A program made the position numbers and the translations under genes. The notes beneath the pieces are model-generated. The model was not told the DNA's origin. It searched no databases and saw nothing but the letters and a program-made list of their open reading frames with translations. A stretch of 62,279 bases of DNA, the filler included, from Stramenopiles sp. TOSAG23-3 (lineage: Eukaryota), in NCBI GenBank assembly GCA_900128585.1. It is 22 parts of 22 records of this genome, joined end to end, with 100 filler letters (N's around TTAATTAATTAA, not from the genome) between each part and the next. Parts side by side here need not be neighbours in the genome. Positions count along the whole stretch, not along the records: positions 1 to 2,749 come from LT644608.1; positions 2,850 to 5,597 come from LT644609.1; positions 5,698 to 8,444 come from LT644610.1; positions 8,545 to 11,290 come from LT644611.1; 18 more parts are not named here. The stretch is one strand, 5' to 3'. Shown piece after piece: positions 1 to 8,880 of this stretch (position 1 is the first letter of the stretch; every line of letters begins with the position of its first letter).

Positions 1-264
1 CTTCTTCTTTTTTTCTTCTCTAAGTAAAAAAAGGTGGGTACCGGTACCAGGTAACGATCTGAGGCAGGCCCTATTCTATAATTTGCTTCAAATTTTGTCG
101 CCTGCTTCTTCCCAAATTTTAGTTTTTAACACATGTACACATTTCTTCCGAGAGTTGCATTTTTCGTACGTGCATTACTTATCATTAAGTTGATTTACTA
201 ATCAACCTTCGATTATTTTCTGGTTTGGAAAGGGCCGATTCCTTGGGATTCCTACTACACTGCC

Positions 265-1401
265 ATGCCAACTCGCAAACGTCCAACGTGTGGACCCTTG
301 TCTGCAAATAAAAGAAGAGTGAAAGAAAAGAATGAAAGCACTGCCGTTAAGGCGGAAATTAACGTCTCGCCGGTCCCTGAAGCGCTTTTAGACTCCAATT
401 CATCGCGCCGCTTTTGCTATGTTGCTCGTGGAATAAACCGGACGTTTTTGACTGTGAACGGACCCATGGTGAAAGAATTGTTACAGAGAACAAATAAGAC
501 TGGAAAATTATCAAAGAAGACCCTTGCCGAACATTTGAAACCATACCATCGCGAAAAATCCAAAGGCTTTAAGATGCGACAGGCTGTTTTACGCGGAGAT
601 TGCAAAATCGAACGAAAATTTGGGTGCGGAAAATGCCGGTGGACACCAAAGGGCTGTGCTCGCTGCCGCGCACCTGGCTTCAAGTTGGGTCCAAAAGAAG
701 GCCTCTCGGGCGTGGGTATCCCGCGCCCTGGCTCTGAAAATAAGAACATGGTCGAAATTGGAAAAATCGGGGACAGTGGTGGGGTGAAGTTCCCCGTTGT
801 GGTTACCTCAAATACTCCTATATGCAAACGCATTCAGAAAATGACGAAAGGGGCACGCCGCGGGTATGGGCTGGTGGCTGGTGACAGCATTAGATGTGGT
901 GCCGCGATCTTGGAGTTTGCCGGGGAACTCCTAACACACGACCAGGCAGGGAAACGCGAGGAGTTCTACGCAAAGGAAGGCATTGCGTGCTGCTACCAGA
1001 TGAAAGTGAACCGGGGACTATGCTCCCACGTGATCGATCCCACATTGTACGGGAATGCGGCTCGCTTCGTAAACTCTTCCTGCTCTCCAAATATGGTGTG
1101 CAAACGCCTTCCCCTGGATTTTCAAAACAAGGCCGCCATGAAGTTCCCGCGGCCAATGTTTTATGCCATGCGGGATATACAGAAGGGGGAGGAGTTGACA
1201 TGGAGGTACTCCGTCCCTTCTAGTGAGGGCGAGGGAAATTATAGTGGACGAACAAGTCGTTCATGCTCGCGGCAGAAGAGTTCAAACGATGAGGACGCGA
1301 CGACGCAGCTAACAGTTGTAACTAGAAAAAAAAGTGGGGAAGACGGAAACGAGGGCTCCGCCTGTTTCTGCGGAGCCCAAAACTGCCACGGGCAGTTATG
1401 A
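265..1401 (+). CDS. SET-domain histone lysine methyltransferase with post-SET and an N-terminal GCxKCRxxxxGCxxC Cys motif
   Basis: GYGL, ILEFAGE, NAARFVNSSCSPN, FYAMRDIQKGEELTWRY and post-SET CFCGAQNCHGQL motifs. Confidence 0.9.
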   Translation: MPTRKRPTCGPLSANKRRVKEKNESTAVKAEINVSPVPEALLDSNSSRRFCYVARGINRTFLTVNGPMVKELLQRTNKTGKLSKKTLAEHLKPYHREKSKGFKMRQAVLRGDCKIERKFGCGKCRWTPKGCARCRAPGFKLGPKEGLSGVGIPRPGSENKNMVEIGKIGDSGGVKFPVVVTSNTPICKRIQKMTKGARRGYGLVAGDSIRCGAAILEFAGELLTHDQAGKREEFYAKEGIACCYQMKVNRGLCSHVIDPTLYGNAARFVNSSCSPNMVCKRLPLDFQNKAAMKFPRPMFYAMRDIQKGEELTWRYSVPSSEGEGNYSGRTSRSCSRQKSSNDEDATTQLTVVTRKKSGEDGNEGSACFCGAQNCHGQL

Positions 1402-1629
1402 CGCATTACCAAGCAACACTAATAACTCGACAAATTCAGTTTTTAATTAATAAGTAACTTTAAAAAAATACAAAAGGTAAGTAACTTATAAAAAAACAAA
1501 TTATATTAGTATGCGTTAAGACTCTCAATTTAAATCAATTACGATTTCAGTTCCAACCCTGATCTTATCTTGATCTGTTATGTTTAACATATTTGGTTTC
1601 TAATACAAAAAAAAAACAATAAATTACAG

Positions 1630-1965
1630 TCACTCCATCACGTTTTTCTTCCTCTCATAGTACCCGTCCACTGCATTTTTTCCAACGTTCAATATGCAGG
1701 GACAACCATCCCTGTCTTTCCCTAGCTGCACGCACTCCTCGCAGTAATACGCTTCTGCCACTGCGGGCATGCCCGATATGATGCATTTATCGGCCTTTGA
1801 GCCATAGCAACACTCATCGCATACGTATGCTTTAGTCGCCTGTCTAACAAAAGAGTCGCAACCTTCTGCGACGCATATACCATCGTACTGTTCACTTACT
1901 TTACCTACGTTAATCCCTGGCAACTTGCCGCACACTCGCAAGTCGGTCTGGTGCCTGGTCGCCAT
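1630..1965 (-). CDS. PHF5A: PHF5A/Rds3-like SF3b splicing factor, divergent
   Basis: Colinear with PHF5A: CDECxYGS, AYYCxEC, KDRDGCP, YERKK; three Cys substituted. Confidence 0.88.
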   Translation of the reverse strand: MATRHQTDLRVCGKLPGINVGKVSEQYDGICVAEGCDSFVRQATKAYVCDECCYGSKADKCIISGMPAVAEAYYCEECVQLGKDRDGCPCILNVGKNAVDGYYERKKNVME

Positions 1966-2124
1966 CTATACAAAACTAAACGTACGCAAGCGTGAGGCAA
2001 TCAAAACGCCCGAAACAATTGTCCTTTTCTTCAACAAACAGACAATATTTAAATTAAAATTCTATGGTATGAAACGTTCTTAGTTCTTTCAGATCTTTCA
2101 TCTGTAAAAAAATGAAAACAGGTA

Positions 2125-2171
2125 NNNNNNNNNNNNNNNNNNNNNNNNNNNNNNNNNNNNNNNNNNNNTTA
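2125..2171. other. Truncated artificial contig linker
   Basis: 44 N followed by only TTA; the rest of TTAATTAATTAA and the second N44 are absent, unlike all other linkers. Confidence 0.9.
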
Positions 2172-2527
2172 TTACCTCTCTCTTCTCCTCTTCTTCCGTC
2201 CAACCACTGCCAACCATTTTAAAAATATTACACCTATCCATAATTATTGAATATAATAGGTAAAAATAAAATAGAGAATATAATATTACCGTAGTTAATT
2301 TTTAAAGGGCTGGAGAGATGAAATCAGGCAGAATTCAGTTAAGGTTTGTGTCTGTATAATGAAGCTAGGAAGTTAAAAATAAAATTGATTTAAATTATAT
2401 ATTCATAGTCCTCTAATAAATTATAACCTAAACAGAAAAGTGACAAAATTATTTATTCACCAAAGGGACGAAATAATACTTAACACTTTTCAACTTTTTC
2501 TTCAAAAAAATGACTTTTCAAAAACAA

Positions 2528-2749
2528 AAGAAGAAGAAGAAGAAGAAGAAGAAGAAGAAGAAGAAAGAAGAAAGAAGAAGAAGAAAGAAAGCAGAAGAAG
2601 AAGAAGAAGAAGAAGAAGAAAGAAAGAAAGAAAGAAAGAAAGAATTAAAAAAAGAAGAAGAAGAAGAAGAAGAAAGAAAGAAAGAATTAAAAAAAGAAGA
2701 AGAAGAAAAAGAAGAAGATAGAAGAAGAAGAAAGAAGAAGAAGAAAGAA
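2528..2749 (+). repeat. GAA/GAAA purine microsatellite
   Basis: Imperfect (GAA)n run up to the contig end. Confidence 0.95.
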
Positions 2750-2849
2750 NNNNNNNNNNNNNNNNNNNNNNNNNNNNNNNNNNNNNNNNNNNNTTAATTA
2801 ATTAANNNNNNNNNNNNNNNNNNNNNNNNNNNNNNNNNNNNNNNNNNNN
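2750..2849. other. Artificial 100-bp contig linker N44-TTAATTAATTAA-N44 (representative copy; recurs about every 2.83 kb)
   Basis: Identical spacer with stops in all six frames, e.g. 5598-5697, 8445-8544, up to 59460-59559. Confidence 0.99.
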
Positions 2850-3136
2850 CGTAAACGTAATATCATCCTTAATTGTTTTTATTTTATTTTTTTATTCTTT
2901 CTTCTTCTTCTTTTCATCTCAAAAAATTGTAATATTAGAGACGAGAACGTTTTCTTCTCGATCTCCCTTTTCGTTCGAACTATATCTACTGAAAAGATTG
3001 AAAATTAAGATTTGAGATTTGAGATTGACAAAGAATCATCGACAGCAGGAATTCTTTGTGTAACCATAGGCATACGGTGTAAATTGAGTACGCTCGATTG
3101 ATTTTTTTGTGGTTTGTCGTTTGGTTTCACGTACGA

Positions 3137-3592
3137 ATGCTTCGCAGTGGGGCGTTTGTTCGACGGGCGTTTGTCCCGTTGGGGAGGACCGTTCGGCGGG
3201 AGTGGTCCACGACGCCGACCATTGATTACAGCAACATAGAGGTTAGCAAAGACGAGTTAACGTCCAAGTTCGGGAACCCTGGGGTTATGGTGATCGATGT
3301 TAGGAGTGCGGAAGAGGTCGTTGCGACGGGGGCGCTCCACTCGAGCGTGATTAACATTCCCCTCTACGAATGCTTTGAACCAACGGCGGACTCCGAACCG
3401 GGGGCTTTGAAAATGGACGAGGAGGAGTTCAGGGATGAGTACGGAGTGGACAAACCAAACGCGACGGACGAAGTCATATTCACCTGCAAGGCGGGCGTCA
3501 GAAGCCACATGGCCGTCACGCTCGCACAAGCACTAGGCTTTTCGAACGCCAGGCATTACCCTGGCGGCAGCGACGGGTTTTTCTCGGCCTGA
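3137..3592 (+). CDS. Single-domain rhodanese/sulfurtransferase, probably mitochondrial
   Basis: VIDVR..E, INIPL, active-site loop FTCKAGVRS, YPGG; Arg-rich presequence from ATG 3137. Confidence 0.9.
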   Translation: MLRSGAFVRRAFVPLGRTVRREWSTTPTIDYSNIEVSKDELTSKFGNPGVMVIDVRSAEEVVATGALHSSVINIPLYECFEPTADSEPGALKMDEEEFRDEYGVDKPNATDEVIFTCKAGVRSHMAVTLAQALGFSNARHYPGGSDGFFSA

Positions 3593-3914
3593 CCGACCGA
3601 ACGAACGGGGCTGGAGGAAAGTATCTTACACATTGTTTTTAGTTATATCCCATGTATGCTCTTACTGAAGAGAAGATTTGCTAAGAAGATACGAGTAAAA
3701 TTATGGTGATGCCCAACAAAACAACGGTAGTTAACACATGATATCTAAAATTACTATCGTACGAGCGAAGGCGACTAAAGCTCTGCTGTCAGCCGGTCGA
3801 TCGGGAACCACCAATAATGTACCGACGGTTCTGTAAAAATATGTTATGCATAACGTAGTTTTTATTTTTGAAATTTTACTAAATTATTTCTTTGATACAC
3901 TACGACTATTATTC

Positions 3915-5597
3915 CTATTTGTTCTGGGCGTGCACTTCTTTCCGTGTGCACCCTTTCACAGCCACTGCGCGTGCTGCTCTGCCTCGACCCCGCCCCCGCT
4001 GCTTGTCATCTCTGGCGGCATGTCGGACATCCCGGCCGGCGCCGCGCTGGCCGGCGTTGCATCTCCCCCCCCCTCCCGCTTTTCCGTTCTCCTCCCCGTC
4101 CATGTCCTTGTGCATTTTGATGATAAAGTCCAAGACTTCAAAAATCCTGTCGCGGCTCATTGGCACGCTGAAGCTGAGCTCCCCGTGTGTCTTTGACAGC
4201 GCGGTGAAGCCCCCGACGAGCCCGTCAAACTTCCAGACGGCCACAACGTCGCGGAACGACACCACCTTCTTCTTCGTAAACATAAGGACGTTGCTGTAGA
4301 AGGCCAGGTGGTTCCACGTTATGTACAGGCGACCGATGCGGCTCCCCATGCTGCAGGAGATCGACAGGAGGACGGCCTCGTTCCCGATGCCGAACGTGTC
4401 GTAGAAGGTCTGGGTCTCGCTCCACCCCAGCGTGGCAAGGCTGTCGCGCAGCAGGGAGATCAGCGACGTGCGGTGTCGGTTACAGTTCTCGACCCGCTGC
4501 ATGACGTGCGTGTTCTTCCGCTTGCACCGGACCTCGGACTCTTCCTTCATCTGCTGGTTCAGCTCAACGTGCAAGAGCTTGTCCAGCAGCACGACCTGCT
4601 CCGCGTACGGGAGGCTCAGGTCGACGCCCGGGGCCGCCTGGTTCCTGCGCTCCGATATCGTCTGAAGGTCCAAGGGAAGGTCCCCTAGGGGCGGGGCCCG
4701 CGTCGGCCGGGGCATGAGCACCCCGCTGCTCTGAAAGGCCGGCTCGAGCGCCCCGATGAAGAGGGCAGTGCTCCACTCCGCCGACCGGGCGTACTCTTCG
4801 AGCGGTTCCGCGAACGCCGCGAGCTCCTTCCGCATCTCTCGGCGAAAGGCCTCCTTCAGCTGGCCTTCGTAGTCGTCCGCGAGCGCCGCGGGGGCCTGGA
4901 GCCCCGTCCCCGTCGGCGTCGGCCCGATCCCTTGGCACACCGCCCCGCGCATCATGGCGCTGAGCGTCACGTTCTCCTCGTGAAAGCTCGTCTGCAGGGC
5001 GTTGAAGAACCGGGACGCGAACTCCTCCAGCGTGTTCTCGTCCCCGTCCGCGCCCTTCCTGCCCGGCCCGTCGAACCCCGCGTTCCCGAAGAACACCGTG
5101 ATCAGCATGACCCGGGCCTTGTCCGAATTGGCCCCCACCACCATGGCCACCGTCCGGTTGTTCCGACGGTCCTCCGCGACGGTGTGGTTGTTCTCCTTCA
5201 TCACGACGACAAAGTTCCGCGAGAGGATGATGCTTTGAAAGATGTGCTGGACGACCGCGCTCGGAATGTCCTGGCGAAGTTTCGTCTCGAGGATTCGGCA
5301 GTGCTTCGCCCCGTTCCCGGAGAACGCCATGAACAGCCCGGTCGCCTCCGCCTGCTCCCGGGTCAACCGCCGAAAGTCCGAGAACGGGTCCGCCCGGGCG
5401 CTCTCCGCGCTCCGGACTACGATCGACGCCCCGAGGGGCATCTCGTCCATCATCCTGTCTGCCCGGGTCTCCTTCGGGCTGCTGCTGCTGCTGCTGCCTC
5501 CGCCGCCGCTGCTGCTGCGGCCGCCCGTGAACGCCATCGGAAGCCCGTTCGGGTCGAAGAAGTCCTCGTCCTTCTTCAGCCCCCCCCACGCTACCCT
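3915..5597 (-). CDS. GRAM-domain protein, 5' partial
   Basis: SCSMGSRIGRLYITWNHLAFYSNVLMFTKKKVVSFRDV is a GRAM signature; frame is open upstream of the listed ATG; possible homopolymer frameshift near 4065-4073. Confidence 0.75.
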   Translation of the reverse strand, partial: RVAWGGLKKDEDFFDPNGLPMAFTGGRSSSGGGGSSSSSSPKETRADRMMDEMPLGASIVVRSAESARADPFSDFRRLTREQAEATGLFMAFSGNGAKHCRILETKLRQDIPSAVVQHIFQSIILSRNFVVVMKENNHTVAEDRRNNRTVAMVVGANSDKARVMLITVFFGNAGFDGPGRKGADGDENTLEEFASRFFNALQTSFHEENVTLSAMMRGAVCQGIGPTPTGTGLQAPAALADDYEGQLKEAFRREMRKELAAFAEPLEEYARSAEWSTALFIGALEPAFQSSGVLMPRPTRAPPLGDLPLDLQTISERRNQAAPGVDLSLPYAEQVVLLDKLLHVELNQQMKEESEVRCKRKNTHVMQRVENCNRHRTSLISLLRDSLATLGWSETQTFYDTFGIGNEAVLLSISCSMGSRIGRLYITWNHLAFYSNVLMFTKKKVVSFRDVVAVWKFDGLVGGFTALSKTHGELSFSVPMSRDRIFEVLDFIIKMHKDMDGEENGKAGGGGRCNAGQRGAGRDVRHAARDDKQRGRGRGRAARAVAVKGCTRKEVHAQNK

Positions 5598-5907
5598 NNN
5601 NNNNNNNNNNNNNNNNNNNNNNNNNNNNNNNNNNNNNNNNNTTAATTAATTAANNNNNNNNNNNNNNNNNNNNNNNNNNNNNNNNNNNNNNNNNNNNACT
5701 TTTACAATTGGAGCAGCAGCGAAGAGGACGAAGAAGACGAGCAGGGCAGCCCCCGATACTGGTAACAATTGTTGCACGATTGAAGCGCTGGGGTGTTATG
5801 TGAAATTCAGAAAGGTGTTAGCTTTTGAGAGTACGTATACAGGATACACGTTCTTTTGCGTCTATGACGGCAACAATTACACAATTTAATTTATTTATTT
5901 GCTGTTA

Positions 5908-5995
5908 TTAAAAAACAAGAAAATTGGCTGTTATTTAAGTAATTAAGTTAAAAACAAGAAAAATTGGCTGTTATTTTAATAGTAATTAAAATTAA
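5908..5995 (+). repeat. Dispersed intergenic motif A, two tandem copies
   Basis: TTAAAAA(A)CAAGAAAATTGGCTGTTATTTAAGTAATTAA; also at 27531-27579(-), 48130-48170 and 60316-60515. Confidence 0.85.
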
Positions 5996-6146
5996 AGAAA
6001 AAAAGAAGGTCTCAGTTCAAGAACAATATCTCCTACACTATTGCAGATCCTCCCCAATTTCTGTACATCGACTTATCGCCATATTTTTGATTTTTTCAAT
6101 TAGTCATAGGCGTTCAAAATATAAGAAAAATCCTTTTGTTGAAAAA

Positions 6147-8228
6147 TTAACATTGACCTCCACAAAATTCACAGCCTAAGTTGTTACAATCAGGCGCACA
6201 GATCTTCATTCTTATCAACTCATCTATCAGGCGTGTTTGGAAGTACGGAGAACATTGTTTTTCACATCCCGCTCCTATCTTATTTGCTTCCATGACAAAT
6301 GCTGAAATTTCTTCATTGCTGCTTTCGTCCAGCCACCCATTAGAACAGACAAGGTTACCATATAGGAACAGATGGTGTGTTGTCACTAATTTTGAATTTG
6401 AAATTGTATCCCAGGGAATCTTTGATAAGCTATTGTTACGCAAATCCAGAACATTTAAGTTCAACATGCCTTTCAGGTCAATCACAGAGAATCTATTGTT
6501 ATGAACTTTTAGCTGGAGTAAAGATGCCATTTCAAACTCCAGCTTTCCACCCAGCATATTCCCAGCAAGCACTAAATCAATCAAAGAAGGGAATAATTCA
6601 GTATTTGGTATTGACGATATTGTGTTATTTTCTAAGTACAAAAATCTTAAATTGCGGGCTCCTGCAATTTCTGCTGGCAGGACAGACAGAAAATTATTGT
6701 TCGCTTCCAGATAAACCATGTGGGGTTGTGACCATACAGACATTGGTAAAGCATGCAACTGATTATAAGATAGTTTCAGTTGTGTATATGCAATGGCAGC
6801 GCCAAGATCTTTCGGTATCCACCGCAATTTGTTGTAACGGCAATCAATTTTTGTCAATCGAACAAAACTCAGAAAATACAAGGGCAACTGCTGTAAAGGC
6901 CCATTGTTGACAACGAAAAGTTTTAGTGCTGTCATTTCACGCCCACCCGCCGGTAAGGTAGAAAAATTATGGTGGGGTATGTGCAAACTTGCACAGTTAC
7001 ATGTCGGAGAATACAAATGCGTGCAAAATGGCACTGGTATATCGCAATATTTCCAAACTTTGTTTCCAGAACAGTCGAAACTGCGAAATGCAACCAAGTG
7101 GGCGATTGCTGTTGTGGCCAGGAAAGTGGCGTACATGAAGGAGATGATCGAAAAGGTGATTATTGCCCATCGTGGAGTGAACTTGAGTTGGACCGAAGTT
7201 GCTTTTTGTGTTTTTTTAATTTTTGCCACGTGATCAATATTATCAAATGCGGAGATTCTCCGACTTCTTACGAAATTTAAGCTTGTCTCTCGAACAATAG
7301 CCTCTGAAATTTCCGTTATTTTGACCACCGCGAAAATAGCAGGTATCAAACCAATTATATAAAATTCAAACACCGTAAAATCCATTCCATAAACAAACCG
7401 CATCACAAGAATTGTACAGGCGCAGGAGAATGTTTCAACAAGTACGTCTACCAACACCCTGTTGTTGCGGCGTTTTTCACTCAGGCCATGATGTAGTGTC
7501 CAATAAGTATCAAAAGATACACAATATGCTTCGAAGGCAAGTATCATGAAAAAAGTTGAAGAGAGTGGAACCGTAAATGAGCAGGTGTACACAGTCATCG
7601 CGTAAAGCTGACCTGCAAATTCCATGCACTCGGATATGTACGTCTTCAAAAGATAATATGGCCCATCCGGGTCCATTACAGAGTTAAAACAAGCAAATAT
7701 ATCAGCAATACCAGAATTACATCGCTGACGAAACGAAAGCTTATTTTCCGTCTTTTCACTTTTGTTCGATTGTATTACATTTAACACTTTTTCAGACCGG
7801 TGCACAGCGATTAGTGTCCTATAGATAAATATTAACGGGCTTAATATTGCGCATACTGCAACTAATAAAATAGGGATCGGCCTGACAGTTATCTCCAAGT
7901 AAGCGTAAAGCAATAAGCCACCAATTGCACAGGACAGCAAGATTAAAATAGCACCACGAAAACCTAACAAATAGAAAACAATGAGAACCCGGCGTTTCTT
8001 GGTTGCGCGACCGACTATAGACGCCAAAATATTTTGTGTTTTGTGTGAGCCCCGGGTATGATCTATAGCGCTCCTGAAAGACGAGTTTTTCCTTACCGGA
8101 CCTGTTGATACTATTTCTAAGCTTTCTTTACCAACAGCCCATGAATTTTGTTTGGCATATGTTTTCCGTTTTGAGTCATACTGCCCAGCTTTTGTTCCGT
8201 CCGAAACCACAACCTTTTCAGAGCTCAT
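6147..8228 (-). CDS. Multi-pass membrane protein with Cys cap, LRRs and a degenerate LNR-like C-terminus
   Basis: About 7-8 hydrophobic segments, then LxLxxNxLxxLP repeats, ending CEKQCSP...CAPDCNNLGCEFCGGQC. Confidence 0.8.
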   Translation of the reverse strand: MSSEKVVVSDGTKAGQYDSKRKTYAKQNSWAVGKESLEIVSTGPVRKNSSFRSAIDHTRGSHKTQNILASIVGRATKKRRVLIVFYLLGFRGAILILLSCAIGGLLLYAYLEITVRPIPILLVAVCAILSPLIFIYRTLIAVHRSEKVLNVIQSNKSEKTENKLSFRQRCNSGIADIFACFNSVMDPDGPYYLLKTYISECMEFAGQLYAMTVYTCSFTVPLSSTFFMILAFEAYCVSFDTYWTLHHGLSEKRRNNRVLVDVLVETFSCACTILVMRFVYGMDFTVFEFYIIGLIPAIFAVVKITEISEAIVRETSLNFVRSRRISAFDNIDHVAKIKKTQKATSVQLKFTPRWAIITFSIISFMYATFLATTAIAHLVAFRSFDCSGNKVWKYCDIPVPFCTHLYSPTCNCASLHIPHHNFSTLPAGGREMTALKLFVVNNGPLQQLPLYFLSFVRLTKIDCRYNKLRWIPKDLGAAIAYTQLKLSYNQLHALPMSVWSQPHMVYLEANNNFLSVLPAEIAGARNLRFLYLENNTISSIPNTELFPSLIDLVLAGNMLGGKLEFEMASLLQLKVHNNRFSVIDLKGMLNLNVLDLRNNSLSKIPWDTISNSKLVTTHHLFLYGNLVCSNGWLDESSNEEISAFVMEANKIGAGCEKQCSPYFQTRLIDELIRMKICAPDCNNLGCEFCGGQC

Positions 8229-8546
8229 ACTTTACTTTGGCCAGGTGGGTATAAATTATATAGCCTTGGAACGTCTTAAGGTGTTTCCTGTCCGCTTCCG
8301 TTTTTGGAGAATGCAATTGTGTAAAATAAACTAGTGTACCTAATCTCTTTTTCAATCATTAACCTACTTAGTGCACATTCCCTGAATAGATTTTGGAAAA
8401 GAAAAAATATACTGGGAGGACCATCTTGCCCTACACATACCCAGNNNNNNNNNNNNNNNNNNNNNNNNNNNNNNNNNNNNNNNNNNNNTTAATTAATTAA
8501 NNNNNNNNNNNNNNNNNNNNNNNNNNNNNNNNNNNNNNNNNNNNAG

Positions 8547-8880
8547 GCGCGGGAAGACGCTGCTGCAAAGATACAAGCTGTCCAGCGGGGTCGGCAAGAG
8601 AGAAAAGAGCTGAAAGAGCGAGAGCAGGCTGCTGCAAAAATACAGGCGGTACAGCGGGGGAACAAAGAGCGGAAAGAACTTAAAGAACGGGAGCAGGCGG
8701 CGGCGAAGATACAGGCGGTGCAGCGAGGGAACAAAGAGCGGAAAGAACTTAAAGAACGAGAGCAGGCGGCGGCGAAGATACAGGCGGTGCAGCGAGGGAA
8801 CAGGGAGCGGAAAGAACTTAGAGAACGAGAACAAGCCGCGGCGAAGATACAAGCCATTCAGCGTGGGAGACAAGCCCGGA
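8547..8880 (+). repeat. 69-bp coding tandem repeat (about 5 IQ units)
   Basis: GCGAAGATACAGGCGGTGCAGCG-type unit recurs every 69 bp. Confidence 0.9.

Noticed and set aside
2440..2797. Lys/Glu/Arg-rich ORFs
   Set aside because: Translations of a GAA microsatellite running into Ns.
4564..5649. Long alternative-frame and antisense ORFs (also 12993-14183, 55072-55994, 60655-61561)
   Set aside because: Shadow ORFs expected in GC-rich coding DNA; no recognisable motifs.
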